From the NCBI GenBank assembly GCA_002633005.1, contig NMRA01000003.1, forward strand, positions 2,215,172 to 2,279,171: 64,000 nucleotides of DNA, read 5' to 3'. Below are positions 1 to 12,038 of the stretch, piece after piece; positions within the stretch are counted from its first letter, which is position 1, and every line of letters begins with the position of its first letter. A model generated the notes under the pieces. It was not told where the DNA came from and searched no databases. It was given only the letters and a program-made list of their open reading frames with translations. The DNA comes from Phoronis australis. Taxonomy: Eukaryota; Animalia; Phoronida. The translations under genes and the position numbers were made by a program.

Positions 1-2504
1 CAGAAAATGATGGGAAGGTAGAAAATGGCACAGGCAAGGAGGAGGACCTCAATCTCTTGTGGGAAGGATCTCTTTCGCAGTACTTGAAAAGTATGTGAAC
101 TGATGCCTCACATTTGTGTGCCTTTGTTAATTGCAAGGAAAATCAGTTAATCATATCTTTTATTTCATAACAATGCAAACTCTGCTGCTGGATAGAGTCT
201 TTGACAATGTTTTATAATATTTTTATTAAATTATTAACATTTTTGATCTGTAGGTTTGTGTCCCTGTTATAGTGAAGCGTATCGGTGTCTCGTCTTCTGT
301 TAGTTGAGACATTGTGATGAAAATCAGTGCAATCTTAAATTGAACTACACTAAAATTCGCATTAAAAGTCGGATACAAGCGGACTAAGAGATTTTATTTG
401 GGTAAGGTGAAATTTGACTCGTCTGAAGGACCAAGTGCAGTGTGTAACTTAACATCTGACTTGAGCATGTTCCACTTTAGGGTTTACTGTACGCTCAGAT
501 TATTTTTCACAAATATGAGGATGTCATCAGCTTTACAAAAACAAACCACACTGACAAAGGAACCAGCTTCCATGATTACATCACAAAGGAAAGAAATGTT
601 ACTTATTACCATATTTCGTAAGTTAATTATTGTCCGATGAGAAAATTTTGATTTGGCGAGTTTCACTTATGTGGACCAGCAGGTATCAGTATTTTCCACG
701 AGTTTGACACAGTTTCAATTTTGGTGTTTTTCAAATTTTAATATTCTGTATCTTGGTCTTTTACCTTCTATAAATCTGCATAAATGTGGAGAATTGAAAT
801 TTTTAAACATGGAATACTTTTGTTGCTTGGTGTCAGTTTTATGTTTTAGCGTCTGTACCTGTAGTTCCTAGTTGAAGGATTTTTCTTCGCTGTTTCACTT
901 TTTTACCTCACGTACTTGCTATTGTAATGAGAAAAAACATGATTTATTGACTTTGGCTTTGAGCTATTTTAGCTGTTACTGCATCAATTTCAAGATCATG
1001 ATTACGTTATGTTGTTGAGATTATGAAATATAAGTTTGGTTAATGTGAATAACCGTAGTACAACGTTTATTCTGTGTTTTCAGATCGACTAAAAACTTGT
1101 TTCCATTTCATCTTGTTTTTGAACAATTTGCTAATTGCAAAATTTGATGTTGCGCTCTACGGGGCTTGGAATTTTCCTCTTTTAAGAGGATTTCCTCTGT
1201 TTGGGTCTCAATTTTCTCTTACCCGGTATTTGATTTCCAATCTCCACTTTTTTATCTCTTCTATAGTTACTTTGACTTTATTCATGCAAAAATGTTTTTT
1301 TCAATTAAATTTTACAACACGCAAATATTTCTATCACACAAGCCTATTCGTTTGTGAAGCGATACATCACAAGTGGAAAATTTTTATGCGCCCACATATT
1401 TATATGTGGACGCATTATGCAGTCATCTCTGTCCGTCCGTCCGTTCGGGCGGCGTCCGTCCGGCGTCCGCTGCTCTATCTCCAAAACCCTTTGACATACG
1501 TTCATGAAATTTGGCACATATGTTCCATTCATGAATGGGACGGCATGTGCGAACTTTCGGACGGATCCGACTACCGGTGTGCCCCCTAGTGGCAATTTTA
1601 GTTTTTTACGCTTACCTTTGTATCTTCAAAAGTCCTGAACGGATTTTCATGAAATTTGNNNNNNNNNNNNNNNNNNNNNNNNNNNNNNNNNNNNNNNNNN
1701 NNNNNNNNNNNNNNNNNNNNNNNNNNNNNNNNNNNNNNNNNNNNNNNNNNNNNNNNNNNNNNNNNNNNNNNNNNNNNNNNNNNNNNNNNNNNNNNNNNNN
1801 NNNNNNNNNNNNNNNNNNNNNNNNNNNNNNNNNNNNNNNNNNNNNNNNNNNNNNNNNNNNNNNNNNNNNNNNNNNNNNNNNNNNNNNNNNNNNNNNNNNN
1901 NNNNNNNNNNNNNNNNNNNNNNNNNNNNNNNNNNNNNNNNNNNNNNNNNNNNNNNNNNNNNNNNNNNNNNNNNNNNNNNNNNNNNNNNNNNNNNNNNNNN
2001 NNTGTGCTGGGACCTCTGAATTAATAATGCAGTGTTGCATTTTCAGAGAACACCTTCGTTCACATCCCTCCCTGCCGTTATGTGTTTGAAGGAGCTGAAA
2101 TACTATGCAGTGATGGTGGTAATGACAGTGATGAAGGGGCGGAAGTTATTTGCAGTGATGATGACGTGGAGTCTAATGCCAGTGAGGCCTCTAATGACGA
2201 AGCTGACAGTAGCGAGGTGGTACAGAGGGAAGTGGAGAGTACCCTTGATCAGTCCAGCTCATCTCACAGTCTATCAACTGCATCTGACGCTATAGCAGCT
2301 ATATCCTCAACATTGTCCGAGCCACGGATTGACGGCGTGGACACAGCACCTAGGGCTGCTAACAGAACTGTGTCTAGTGACAGTAATGAGTGTTCCAGTA
2401 GCCAGTGTGACAATAGTAACCTTGACAACAGTAACCTTGACACTGGTGACTATGGTAATGAGGAGGCCAGTGTTGTCCCAGCTACCAGCTCCAGCTGTCA
2501 TTAG
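1..2504 (+). CDS. 3' end of an unidentified spliced gene with an acidic/Ser-rich C-terminal tail (partial)
   Basis: Exon <1..90 (ENDGKVENGTGKEEDLNLLWEGSLSQYLK, donor A|GTATGT, phase 1) is phase-compatible with terminal exon 2047..2504 (acceptor TTTTCAG|, KNTFVHIPPCRYVFEGAEILCSD...SSSCH*). Extra exons could lie in the gap 1659-2002. Family not recognised. Confidence 0.6.
1160..1380 (-). mobile_element. Truncated copy of CAGGGCTTG-TIR MITE, interrupted by a Helentron-like element
   Basis: Reverse-complement similarity to 4756-4990 and 14816-15058; broken at the T-run at 1381 where the Helentron-like end begins. Confidence 0.65.
1381..1658 (-). mobile_element. End of a Helentron-associated (HINE/DINE-1-like) element leading into its internal tandem repeat
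   Basis: Terminal T-run, hairpin ATGCGCCCACATA/TATGTGGACGCAT (1386-1415), (GTCC)n microsatellite, then a satellite monomer with GTGCCCCCTAGTGGCAA running into the gap. Same end in opposite orientation at 20480-20665. Confidence 0.65.
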
Positions 2505-3660
2505 TCATATTTGTGCACTGCTGATTTATCTCAGGAAGGACTTTCAAGTAAACTACTCGTTATGGATAGGAAGGGATGTGAAGTTGTACCCTGGAATTAG
2601 CTGTTGATATGTGAATATATTATTATATTTTATTGAAATTCATGAGGATTTCTGGTCTTAAGTATTTTTCTCTAGTCTGGGTCTCATTACACTTTGTCTT
2701 CAGGGATGCTTACATTCATGAAAAGATGACTCGTGCTTTTGTGGCCCTCTGCCTTCTTTTAATTCATTTTTTCAAGGGTATAGTAGTGCTACTGCATCCT
2801 CTAGAGTGTGTGACTGATGGATAAACCTACACAGTTTGCAGTGTAATGTTTGAGTGTCACAAACTGACACAGTTTGTACTGTAATGTTTGACAGACAGAC
2901 AAACCAATATCCTTTACGATTTTTTTTTGAAACTTTTGCAAATTGCACTCTTTTGTTTAAAGTGGCTGTGAACCCACGTCAAATCCTAAGAGGCGAATTT
3001 TACATTTAATGCTATTAAATTGAAGTCAATTAGTTTTTTATTTTGTTCGGATGAAAAGTGATATCAGGGTTTGCAAAGTACTGACATATCGTTATTCTTT
3101 AAGACCATGACCGGCACATTAAATGACAGGTCCTCACAAGCCGACATGTAGAACCAGCCCTGCCTTCAATAAAGAAATGGCTTTGAATAATTAGACGTCG
3201 CCAATGAACAATCTGCTTTCCATCTTGGTTTTGTTGGCGATGCAGCTTGAGAAACACTGGCTTAAAATGAAAGAACTTTCCGCGAGCGCTTCGTTCAATA
3301 GCACAATCTTGCGAAGTGTTTCTTTGATGAAAGGCTTGCATCAAGCAGTAACTAAATGTCAGTTCTCTCAAAGCCTTGAAACCACATCCACTTTGACCAA
3401 GGAAAATTTGGTATCAATTTCTTTAGGGTTAGTGGTCTAAATCTTAAGTTTTTTATGGCGGAAAGTTGGTTTAATACAAACTTGTTGGGAGACAGCGTGC
3501 TGGGATTTGAGTTCGTTACAAAAACCTCCCGTTTGGTTTCAACGTCAAAGGGCAGCAGTTCCTAAATTGAGGCTTGTTCACATATCAACCTGGTACATTG
3601 TTAAGCATTCCCTTGGTCTTTAGTTTGGCATCAAGACTGACATGCCAATTAATAGCCACG

Positions 3661-3906
3661 GGCCCGTTGCAATTAGAGACTGACGCAAGTTAATTTTTTA
3701 CCTAAGATTTGTCCTAACTTCCAAATTTTGAAACTTCCACATCCGGTAAGATAGTCAAAATTAAGACAAAAAAAATTATATCAAAAATTTCAGACAAACT
3801 TAAAATCTCTTTTTTGAAACGGTCTTGAGACAAATTTGAGTTATATTTTAAAATTTACTAAAATTTAAGATTCGTCTTGGCTGAGTCAGTTTTGTTGGAA
3901 CGGGCC
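3661..3906. mobile_element. MITE with terminal inverted repeats
   Basis: GGCCCGTTGCAA..AGACTGAC at left vs GTCAGTTTTGTTGGAACGGGCC at right; AT-rich interior. Confidence 0.55.
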
Positions 3907-4050
3907 TCAAGGTTCAAAGTGTCACATAAACCACACACCGACGGATATATTAATAATGCATAAAAAGTGGTTCCAGATGATCAGTGCAATAGGTCCACTT
4001 GAACTCCTTGCACACGTCTGGTGCAGCATGCAGCAGACCGTCTGAAATAT
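3907..4050 (+). mobile_element. Partial copy of tRNA-derived SINE family
   Basis: TTCCAGATGATCAGTGCAAT...TGCACACGTCTG matches the reverse complement of the SINE bodies at 54085-54300 and 54820-55042. Confidence 0.5.
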
Positions 4051-4755
4051 TTTTGTAATGTGTAGCAAAGAAGCGAACCTACGCGTGCATTTTGGTTGAT
4101 TTTTAACGCCTTTCTCGGGGTGAAAATGATCCTAACTGAACTTTTTACGAGGATATTTCAGAAGCCAAACAGTGCGACAAATCACCAGTTCTAGTCCACG
4201 ATATATCAATTAACTTAGCCAGTGTTTTATTGCCGTGAAACCATAGCTAATGAGATCGTTGCACTCGGTTACACCTCATAATAGGACCGGAGATCAGATT
4301 CCTCGAGTCAGTAAACAAACCTCTTGACAACAGCGGGAATTGTACAAATCTGTTGGCGACGTACAACGTGCCATGGGACGCTTCAAGTTCCTTATGTGCT
4401 GGAACACGAGTTCAAATCGGTCTTCCCGGCATTTGCAGTGACCTGTTAGTGAACTGAAATGTCGAAAGTCGTCAAGACTGAGGTTGCAACAACTATGCAA
4501 TAAATCCCAGTAGAATTTTTTCGCGTTTGTCTCTCGAGTATCTTACGGGATTTTCATGGAATTTGGGAAATTGGGTTTCTATCAGGTAGATGTCAACGCC
4601 TTCCTAATTACGGATAGTGTGTTCGATGTATTCTTGCCATCTAATGCGGCCATTATTATCATACTTCCAATAAACACTACCAGAAGCACGGGCCAACTGT
4701 TTGCGGTGTTGGGCGCACTTCAAAGCTCTGCGTTGCTCTCGCAGTGTCTAAATTT

Positions 4756-4990
4756 CAGGGCTTGCAATTACGAATCACAAAAAGAGAAAAATCTAAGTGA
4801 TGTATCGTTCCACAAATAAATAGGCTTGTGTAAGAAATATTTTTTGTGTTGTAAATTTTCTCTGAAATAAACACCTTTGTATGAATAAAGTTAAAATAAA
4901 GAGAGACCAAAAAAGAAACTGGAAATCAAATAAGAGACAATCGAAACCAAAAAAGGAAATCCTCTTAAAAAAGAAAAATTCAAAGCCCTG
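4756..4990 (+). mobile_element. MITE (CAGGGCTTG...AAGCCCTG TIRs), hAT-like, apparent 6-bp TSD
   Basis: TIRs visible; flanks AAATTT/AAACTT; homologous to 14816-15058. Confidence 0.7.
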
Positions 4991-5114
4991 AAACTTTAAC
5001 GCGAAGAATTTTCAACAATCCGGGGAAAATGACATCGCCGGTGTCACCTAGCTGAAGATGTTTCTGTAGGGGCGCCGATCATAAGCGTGCTTCTAGGTGT
5101 TTTCACTGGAGCAT

Positions 5115-7010
5115 AAAAATGGCCACTAAACGGCGCAAATTACGTCGAATCTGGCATCCGAAAACTGGTATGTGTCATCAAGGCTATTTACTAAATTTCA
5201 CAAAAATCCGTCAAGGAACTTCTGGGAAATAAAGGAAAACGAAAAATGAAATTGCCACTAAGAGGATGTAGGCACAAAAAACACGACTGTTACTAACAGG
5301 AGCCACAATAGATAGAGTTGTCGGAAAATCATCGTCAGACTTCCTCTTCACATTAGGAACATACATGCCAATTTCCACAACCATCCTTAGAGCAGCCAAT
5401 TTTTATGGAAATCCATTGAGGACCTTTGAAGATACAGGTAAAATTTAAAAAAAAACTAAAATTGCCACTCGGGGGGTAGCACACCGGTAGTCGGATCCAA
5501 CCGAACGTCATCGTCGTTTGTTGTCAAAATCATGTAAGGTATACACATGTTAATTTAATAAAGATCCTGTAGAGGGTTTAGGAGATACAGTCATGAGAGA
5601 AAAAATGCCACTTGGAGGTACCACAGTTGTCAAAGTCGTCGGAAATCATCGTTAGTCCTCCTCTTCACATTAGGAACATATATGCAATATTCAGACCTAT
5701 CCAAGCTCCGCCCCCTTGCGAAATGACGACAAACAAATGATAAGTTTTTCTCGGCAACGTGTTGTTTGTTGGGTAAAATGGCAGCTTAAAAACGAAGGCC
5801 AGATTGGTCACTTTAGCCGTCACTCAAAGTCCAGGCGATAGCTCATCATCCTTAGAGTAGTTTGGTTGAAAGAGGGTCAAATGCCAAAAAACAGACTTGA
5901 AAACAGTAAAAAAATGGCCAAAAGGTGGTACAAAATGCCTCGAATTCAACCGAAAACCCGGATGATAGCGTCATCTCACGAACAGATGACCGATCTGCCA
6001 AATTTTAAGAAAATCCAATGACGACCTTTGAAGACACATAGGTAAACGTAAAAAACTAAAATTGCCACTAGGGGGCACACCGGTAGCTTGATCTGTCCGA
6101 AAGTAGTCGTCCCGTGTTACCAACTTCCTATAAAAGCGCTAGCACTAAAATTCAATAAAGATCCTGTAGAGCGTTTAGGAGGTGCAGCAATGGGCGCAAA
6201 AACAAACAAAACTGCCACTATAACAGGCGCCACAGGAGTTGAAGTTATCGCCCTTTTCACAGTAAGAACACATATGCCATATTTTAAAATCATCTCCAGA
6301 GCAGTTTGGTTAGTAGAAGGGCGGACGCCAAAAACAGACTCGAAAACAGTAAAAAAATGGCCACTAGGTGGCGCAAATTACCTCGAATCCGTCCGAAAAC
6401 GTGAGGATGGCATCATCTTACTAATAGATGCCTAACTGCCAAATTTTATGAACAAACATTGAGGACCTCCCAAGATACGAAGGTAAGCGTAAAAAAATAA
6501 AATTGCCACTAGGGGGCACACCGGTAGTTAGAGAAGTCCGAAAATCGGTCGTCGTCCGTCGCCAGCTTCATAAAAACACATCGGCCAAATCTCATCAAGA
6601 TCCTGTGAGGGGTTAAGGAAATAAAACCAAGGGCGCAAAAACAAACAAAACTGCCACTAGGAGACGCCACAGTAGTGGAAGTCGTCGGAAAATCATCGTC
6701 AGCCGCCCTCTTCACAATAAGAATGTATAAGCCAATTTTCAAAATCATCCCTAGGGCGGACGCCAAAAAGACTCGAAAACAGTAAAAATGGCCACTAGGT
6801 GACGCAAAGTACCTCGAATCCGTCCGAAAACGGGAGGATGGCTAACTTCCAAATTTCATGAAAATCCGTTGAGAATCTCCGAAGATACAAGCGTAGAAAA
6901 CAAAAAATTCCACTAGGGGGCACACCCGTAGTCCGAGAGGTCCGAAATCCGTCGTCGTCCGTCGTCAATTTCATAGGAACACATCTGCCAACTCTCATCA
7001 AGATCCTGCA
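5115..7010 (+). repeat. Tandem satellite array (~440-bp higher-order unit of three ~150-bp monomers) with CTCF-like motifs
   Basis: TTGCCACTAGGGGGCACAC at 6062 and 6503; TGGCCACTAGGTG at 6358 and 6789; recurrent AAATTT(C/T)ATGAAAATCC and AAAACAGACTCGAAAACAGT; a small unrelated insert at about 5695-5845. Confidence 0.85.
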
Positions 7011-7379
7011 CATAAAAAATGACCGCACGGGATCAAAATACTATAGTGTCGTTCTCGCATTATGAAATGTAGTCTACACGGAAAATGAATCAAATGACTG
7101 GATCCAAACATAAAGTTTTTGACGTATAGACGTAACGTGAATCAGTTAGATGGTATTAGTTCTTTATTATTTCCAAAAATAAGCTTAGATTGCACTATCC
7201 TTAACCATTATGGAAATGAATACATGTTTTTGATTCATACCCATAGGTTGGTAATTAGGATGAAATTAGGATGAACTAATTCAGTCACCGGACTAGAATT
7301 CGTTAAAAGGTTAGCAAACCATGTTTGGATGATTTCAACCAAAACTGTCACCTGCTGATGCACCATTGGCGTCATTCTT

Positions 7380-7675
7380 TCAACTTGAAGGCAAGAATCA
7401 ACTAAAAACTCATCATACCCTATGTTACATATTGGACATCATGGTCCTTGGTGGGTGGTCTTTTCCCACAGTTGCCATTAATTCGCTAAAAGCGTAAGTC
7501 ACGCTTGCCCGTTTAGCAGACGTTGAAACTAATTTTTCAAATTTTCCTACGATCTTTTGAGGGTTATCGAGGGTCGTTACAGAGCATTATATTGTTTCAG
7601 AGAACTGGATGAGAAAATTGTTTTTAGTATCTGTTAATAGGCTAAAACGGGGTTTGGTATGCTTTTAAAATTTAA
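7380..7675 (-). mobile_element. Non-autonomous DNA element, TTAA-bounded end (Kolobok-like, tentative)
   Basis: Shares GTCCTTGGTGGGT...TTCGCTAAAAGCGTA.GTCAC and CAGAGAACTGG...GGGTTTGG..CTTTAA with 14660-15201; related diverged copy at 55665-55975. Confidence 0.5.
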
Positions 7676-7735
7676 GCCTGCAGATGACGACTCTGTAATC
7701 CTTTTATTCCACAGATAAAAAGTGAAGAGATGGTG

Positions 7736-8860
7736 TCATAAGAAATACTTCGACAGAGCAGGATACTTTTCGCTGACATCGTCACATTTTCCAGTCCGCC
7801 ACCAATTGTCAATGTCCTCGTAAAATGTCCTACGTTCAGTTGCATTATAAGTCAGTCTTGTACACAGACTGCAAATAGATGGCACTCGTGGATGAGACGC
7901 CAAGCGGTAATGTCTTTTCCATTCAAAGAATTTGTTGTACATCCGATCATCAGCATCAACGGTTTTTAAGTAGGTGGCTAGCAGTTTCGGCGACTTAAAA
8001 TCTGCGACGTTGACGTAACTGCCAGGTGGCAAAAATGAACTATAATCAGCGGATCCCAAAACGACCGGTACAATGCCCAATTTGAGAGTCCGCCAGCTTT
8101 TTTCGGTAAGATAATCTTCACAAAAACTGTTCTCAAACGCCATATAAAATTTATAATCTTTGGCCATTGATAAACACGAATCATTGCATTTTTCTGTAGA
8201 ACAGTGTCCAAACACGTCCACGGTCATGTATCTCCGTAACCTTCTCATGTAGTTCTCTCGTCTGCTGGTTGTTTTGCAGTTACTGACCAACCACATCGCT
8301 AACTTTGTCTTTCTTTTCGCAAAATTCTTTTTCAAGGTACTGGTAACCGTCGCTACGGTCATGGCACCATATGGTGCGAAGATGTCCGAATCGCGCCTAT
8401 ACGACATGGTCCAATTAATCTCCCGCGCGAAGGATTTCAACGATTTAGTATGCACTGGAGATTCTCTAAGATATAGCACTACGCGTTGCCATGGTGCCCG
8501 ACTGGGCAACGCGTCTATATGATCAATGCTATTTCCCGAATATGCATGCACAATAATGGCGGCACTTTCCGTAAATCTTGTCCTGTCATTGGTAAACTCG
8601 CACGTGACATTACAGAAACTTTTGGTGAAATCCACGCCGTATCCAATCCCGTAGTCTTCGTTACCTGGCATGTGGTTCCAAAACAGTACAACAGGTGATG
8701 CTCTCTCAAGACGATGAGTCTTTTCAAAAACTCTGCTTGCAACAAAATGCTTTGGAGTGTTAAGTGGATCTGCAACACAATAAATAACAGGCCTTAGCAG
8801 AATTGCAACACACGTATAAAACCCGCCAAAAAGTATCCGTGTTTTTTTTTCAAGAAACAT
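7736..8860 (-). CDS. Alpha-1,3/4-fucosyltransferase (GT10), single coding exon, type II membrane protein, ~374 aa
   Basis: Alpha-1,3-FucT motif YKFYMAFENSFCEDYLTEK..VPVVLG, INWTMSYRRDSDIFAPYG, WLVSNC, CEFTNDR; N-terminal TM (ILFGGFYTCVAILL). Start placed at MFLEKK (8860); ORF extension to 8959 crosses a microsatellite. Confidence 0.93.
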   Translation of the reverse strand: MFLEKKTRILFGGFYTCVAILLRPVIYCVADPLNTPKHFVASRVFEKTHRLERASPVVLFWNHMPGNEDYGIGYGVDFTKSFCNVTCEFTNDRTRFTESAAIIVHAYSGNSIDHIDALPSRAPWQRVVLYLRESPVHTKSLKSFAREINWTMSYRRDSDIFAPYGAMTVATVTSTLKKNFAKRKTKLAMWLVSNCKTTSRRENYMRRLRRYMTVDVFGHCSTEKCNDSCLSMAKDYKFYMAFENSFCEDYLTEKSWRTLKLGIVPVVLGSADYSSFLPPGSYVNVADFKSPKLLATYLKTVDADDRMYNKFFEWKRHYRLASHPRVPSICSLCTRLTYNATERRTFYEDIDNWWRTGKCDDVSEKYPALSKYFL

Positions 8861-8982
8861 TTGTCGTTTGTCGATACGGAGATAGACTGACAAACATACA
8901 GGCGGACAGACAGACAGATGGATGGAGAAAAACGAAGATGAAAAGTACGAAATACCCAATGCATTTATCAGGACAACATAAT

Positions 8983-9121
8983 CACGGGCGGCGCAACACT
9001 GAATAAGTGGGCTATAGCCCTCAAGCCCTCATGTGGTGCATTGCCCATAGATCACGAGCGGCGTAGCACTAAAAAAAAGTAGGGGGCTATACCCCCAGCC
9101 CCCTGTGATACCCCGCTCATG
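8983..9121. mobile_element. Short MITE with perfect 5-bp TSD (ATAAT)
   Basis: CACGGGCGG...CCGCTCATG termini, ATAAT at 8978-8982 and 9122-9126; internal partial duplication of the left end. Confidence 0.65.
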
Positions 9122-10489
9122 ATAATCAACTGTTTTTTTTCAAAAATTGAATGAAACAAGTTTGTTATAAATTGAGTGTTATCTGACGTTTATGTAAAAG
9201 TAAGCCTATGTGTTTAGTGTAATGTAATACTAATATTCAATTGAAAATTTTGCTTTGGAATAAGAAATGAATCGTATGGACTACATTTTAACCCGAAATG
9301 CCCGGTCTGTCTGTTACCTGTAATTTTTTTAATGTACCGACCTCGATCATTGAAGGCAAAGTTCCAGTTCAAAACTGGTCAAAAACAGTACGTTTTCACC
9401 GTGACAGGAACATGGTAAGTTATTGTTCAGTCATATATTCTTTGCTTTTCGTAATGTTTTACGACCATACACATTGCTGCCAAGAATGCATGCATCAGCG
9501 TGTTACTTCTGTTCTACCAAATTGAGACGAACAGGAAACAGAAAATTAATTTGTATCACGATCAATATTGTTAAAAATGTTCGTATATCTGATGACTAGT
9601 TACGTACACATAGATTATAATCATACAAATATCTCTTTTTGTCAATCGAGTATCTTCAAAATTCAAACATTTATTCCAAAAACGAAAAATCAAAACTGGA
9701 AAATCATGTCATCGTTTACTGCCCAATTATAAGTAAATTCAAGCAACCCCTAATCAAAATCGTGTAGCAGATTTTGGCAATCTCCTGATGCCGGTAGATT
9801 ACCATCCCCCCAAATCCCAAAACAACATTATAGGTACAAATGTATCGAATCCCTTAAAATCAAATATATTAAATCCATGAAAATCTGTACATGCAATGCT
9901 TCAGTTTATCTGTACATAGTTAAAAGATACCAAAGACGACTGAAAATGTAGAAATCTTGAAATGGTAATTTCCTGTATTTGCTTATATTCAGGTAGCAGG
10001 ACAGGTGAAGACAGGGAATGAGTTTGACCGGAAAATATGATTTTCATTGACGGCTCAAGTGGACCAAGCCAAACGGCCGACACACCCCCCCCCCNTCGCA
10101 GCTCATGTTCCTACTCCATACCCTTTTGGTCCCCTTGATACATACTTATGACTATAGCTGCTATCGAACTGATGTTTAGTGAACGCGGCTTATTCGCATG
10201 GCTTCAATCAAAACTGCACCTACACTTGTTTGTTTAGAACAAGACAAAATTAAAACTGGGCCATTTACCCCTTAGAAAAATGATCTCGATATGTTTTTTG
10301 TCAAAACGTCATTACCCTTACCGCGTAGAACATAGGGAGTTTCCACGAGCCGATAAGCTTAAGGTTATGCAGGTCCGTATCGACAAGTCTATGCAAAATA
10401 CGAAAAAATAGACTTCAACACAGTAACAGCTATATTGTTTGAAAGCAGAAAACCTGTAGAATTTGATTTTGAAATACCAATGTGAAATT

Positions 10490-10790
10490 AATAGGGTCAC
10501 GTAACCATGTCTTTTTAGTAAAATTTAGCAAAAACGGAAGTTACAAAGATAGCAAAGCCGCGGTATCAACAACACAACCAAACTTGGAGTAATGTAAATG
10601 ATCCAGGTGAAATGTCAAAAACGCTGTTACAGTTTTCTAAATTCCTAATAGAGTTTTGAGAACACTGCATGATGTATACTAAAGTTTCATACGAATTCGG
10701 TCACCCGTCTCTGAGATATGATGTTCCAAAGTTGGCCAAATTTGGACATTTTTCTATTGCCCTACATAAAAATCATTGGGATGGCCAGCC
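10490..10790 (+). repeat. Dispersed repeat family copy
   Basis: CATGTCTT.TTAGTAAAATTTAGCAAAAA and GTTCCAA.GTTGGC.AAATTTGGACATTTTTCTATTG shared with 63105-63475. Confidence 0.7.
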
Positions 10791-11129
10791 CTTTCTTAAG
10801 CTCAATCACTTCACAACAATCGCACACTCTTTTTCTAGCTGTAAGTTGCGACCGATGCAATCTTGGCAAAGGATTTTTTACCGGTAAGTCCAGTTTTAGG
10901 GGTTAACCAAACTCTTACAACGAATCAACACTTCCCATTCTCCACAAAACGATCAACACGCCCTGCGAAGCCATACCACGCACAAAAAAAAAATTACCAC
11001 CGTACGTACTTGACCTACAACCACACAAGTATAGGGCACTCCTTACCACGGATGATGGGACAATCAAGTGTTTTGGTACGTTCAAATTTTTATATCAGCT
11101 GCACGTTATGCAGCCTTTGAACCTGCGGT

Positions 11130-12038
11130 GACCTAACTTAGTTTGATCGGGTATCAGCGGCCTGGCGTACGAGCGTATCAAAACGTCTCTGTGTACATTT
11201 GAGATTAGTGAAATCCAGTGCCTGAAAGGTTCTCAGGGAGGGTTCTTCAGACTGGTATAAAATAGCTAATCCCGTGTCCGTGTTTTCAAAGAAGACGGCA
11301 TTTTATGCACGACAGGCTACTAGTCGTGAAGGTGGACAATACCATACTTGATAGTGCAATGCGTTTTCGTGATTGCCATCGAGGACCGGTAGCTCGTTCC
11401 ACCCAGTCTAATTTTGCTCTTGGGGAAAAAGGGGAGTTAGTTGCACGAGTGAGACTTGCACACAGTATTGAAGGCGTACCATTTCAGATCTACGTAAGCC
11501 AATTACTTGTACTATACAGGAACACATTGCCAGAATCCTAGTAATGTTTTCCTGCTTTTGGTCATATATGCCCGCGTATGAAACTGCTGTGAGGAAAGTA
11601 AACATCACGGGCTTTGAGTCACGTTGTTAGACTTCCGGCATAGAAGACAACCCATAGGCTATAATATTCATGTAAACCAATACCTAACTAACGAGTTATC
11701 CTAGCACTAAATTCACTGAGTGTTTTAACACTGTTCTCGATTAAAATTGAATCGCCTTCGACATTTACATTATCAATAGGCATGTACACTTATCCGTTGT
11801 ACCTTGAATAACAACACTCACCAGATTGGTAATGACTGTATCGTCGTCTGTTAGTGTTCTCCTCTGAAAATTTAATTACGTCCCTTTCGAGCGGCCATTT
11901 CGCTTTAACATTCGCCCTATAACCTGATTCTATCATCATGAAAAGAAAGGATATAAAGAGGCCAGTTGTGGCGATCAGTATTGTAAAAGTTATCAGAAAT
12001 ACAGCATAAACTCGCATCCTTCGAAACCGTTTGCACAT
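11130..12038 (-). pseudogene. Decayed type II membrane protein gene, possibly glycosyltransferase (GT92-like, tentative)
   Basis: Exon 12038..11822: basic N-terminus + TM (MCKRFRRMRVYAVFLITFTILIATTGLFISFLFMMI) ending at a perfect G|GTGAGT donor; downstream VSYAGIYDQKQENITRILAM and, after a frameshift, KWYAFNTVCK, with stops and no intact acceptor. Confidence 0.35.

Noticed and set aside
1535-2089. ORFs spanning N runs (also 24340-24852)
   Set aside because: Open only because the gap contains no stop codons.
5115-7010. CRISPR-like array or protein-coding repeats (ORFs 6088-6435, 6509-6766, 6795-7028, 18359-18814)
   Set aside because: Eukaryotic context, sequences between motifs are themselves repeated (no unique spacers), no cas genes; the ORFs are chance frames in satellite DNA.
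8861-8959. N-terminal extension of the fucosyltransferase ORF
   Set aside because: Translates a (GACA/GATG) microsatellite; the ATG at 8860 gives a normal short cytoplasmic tail before the TM.
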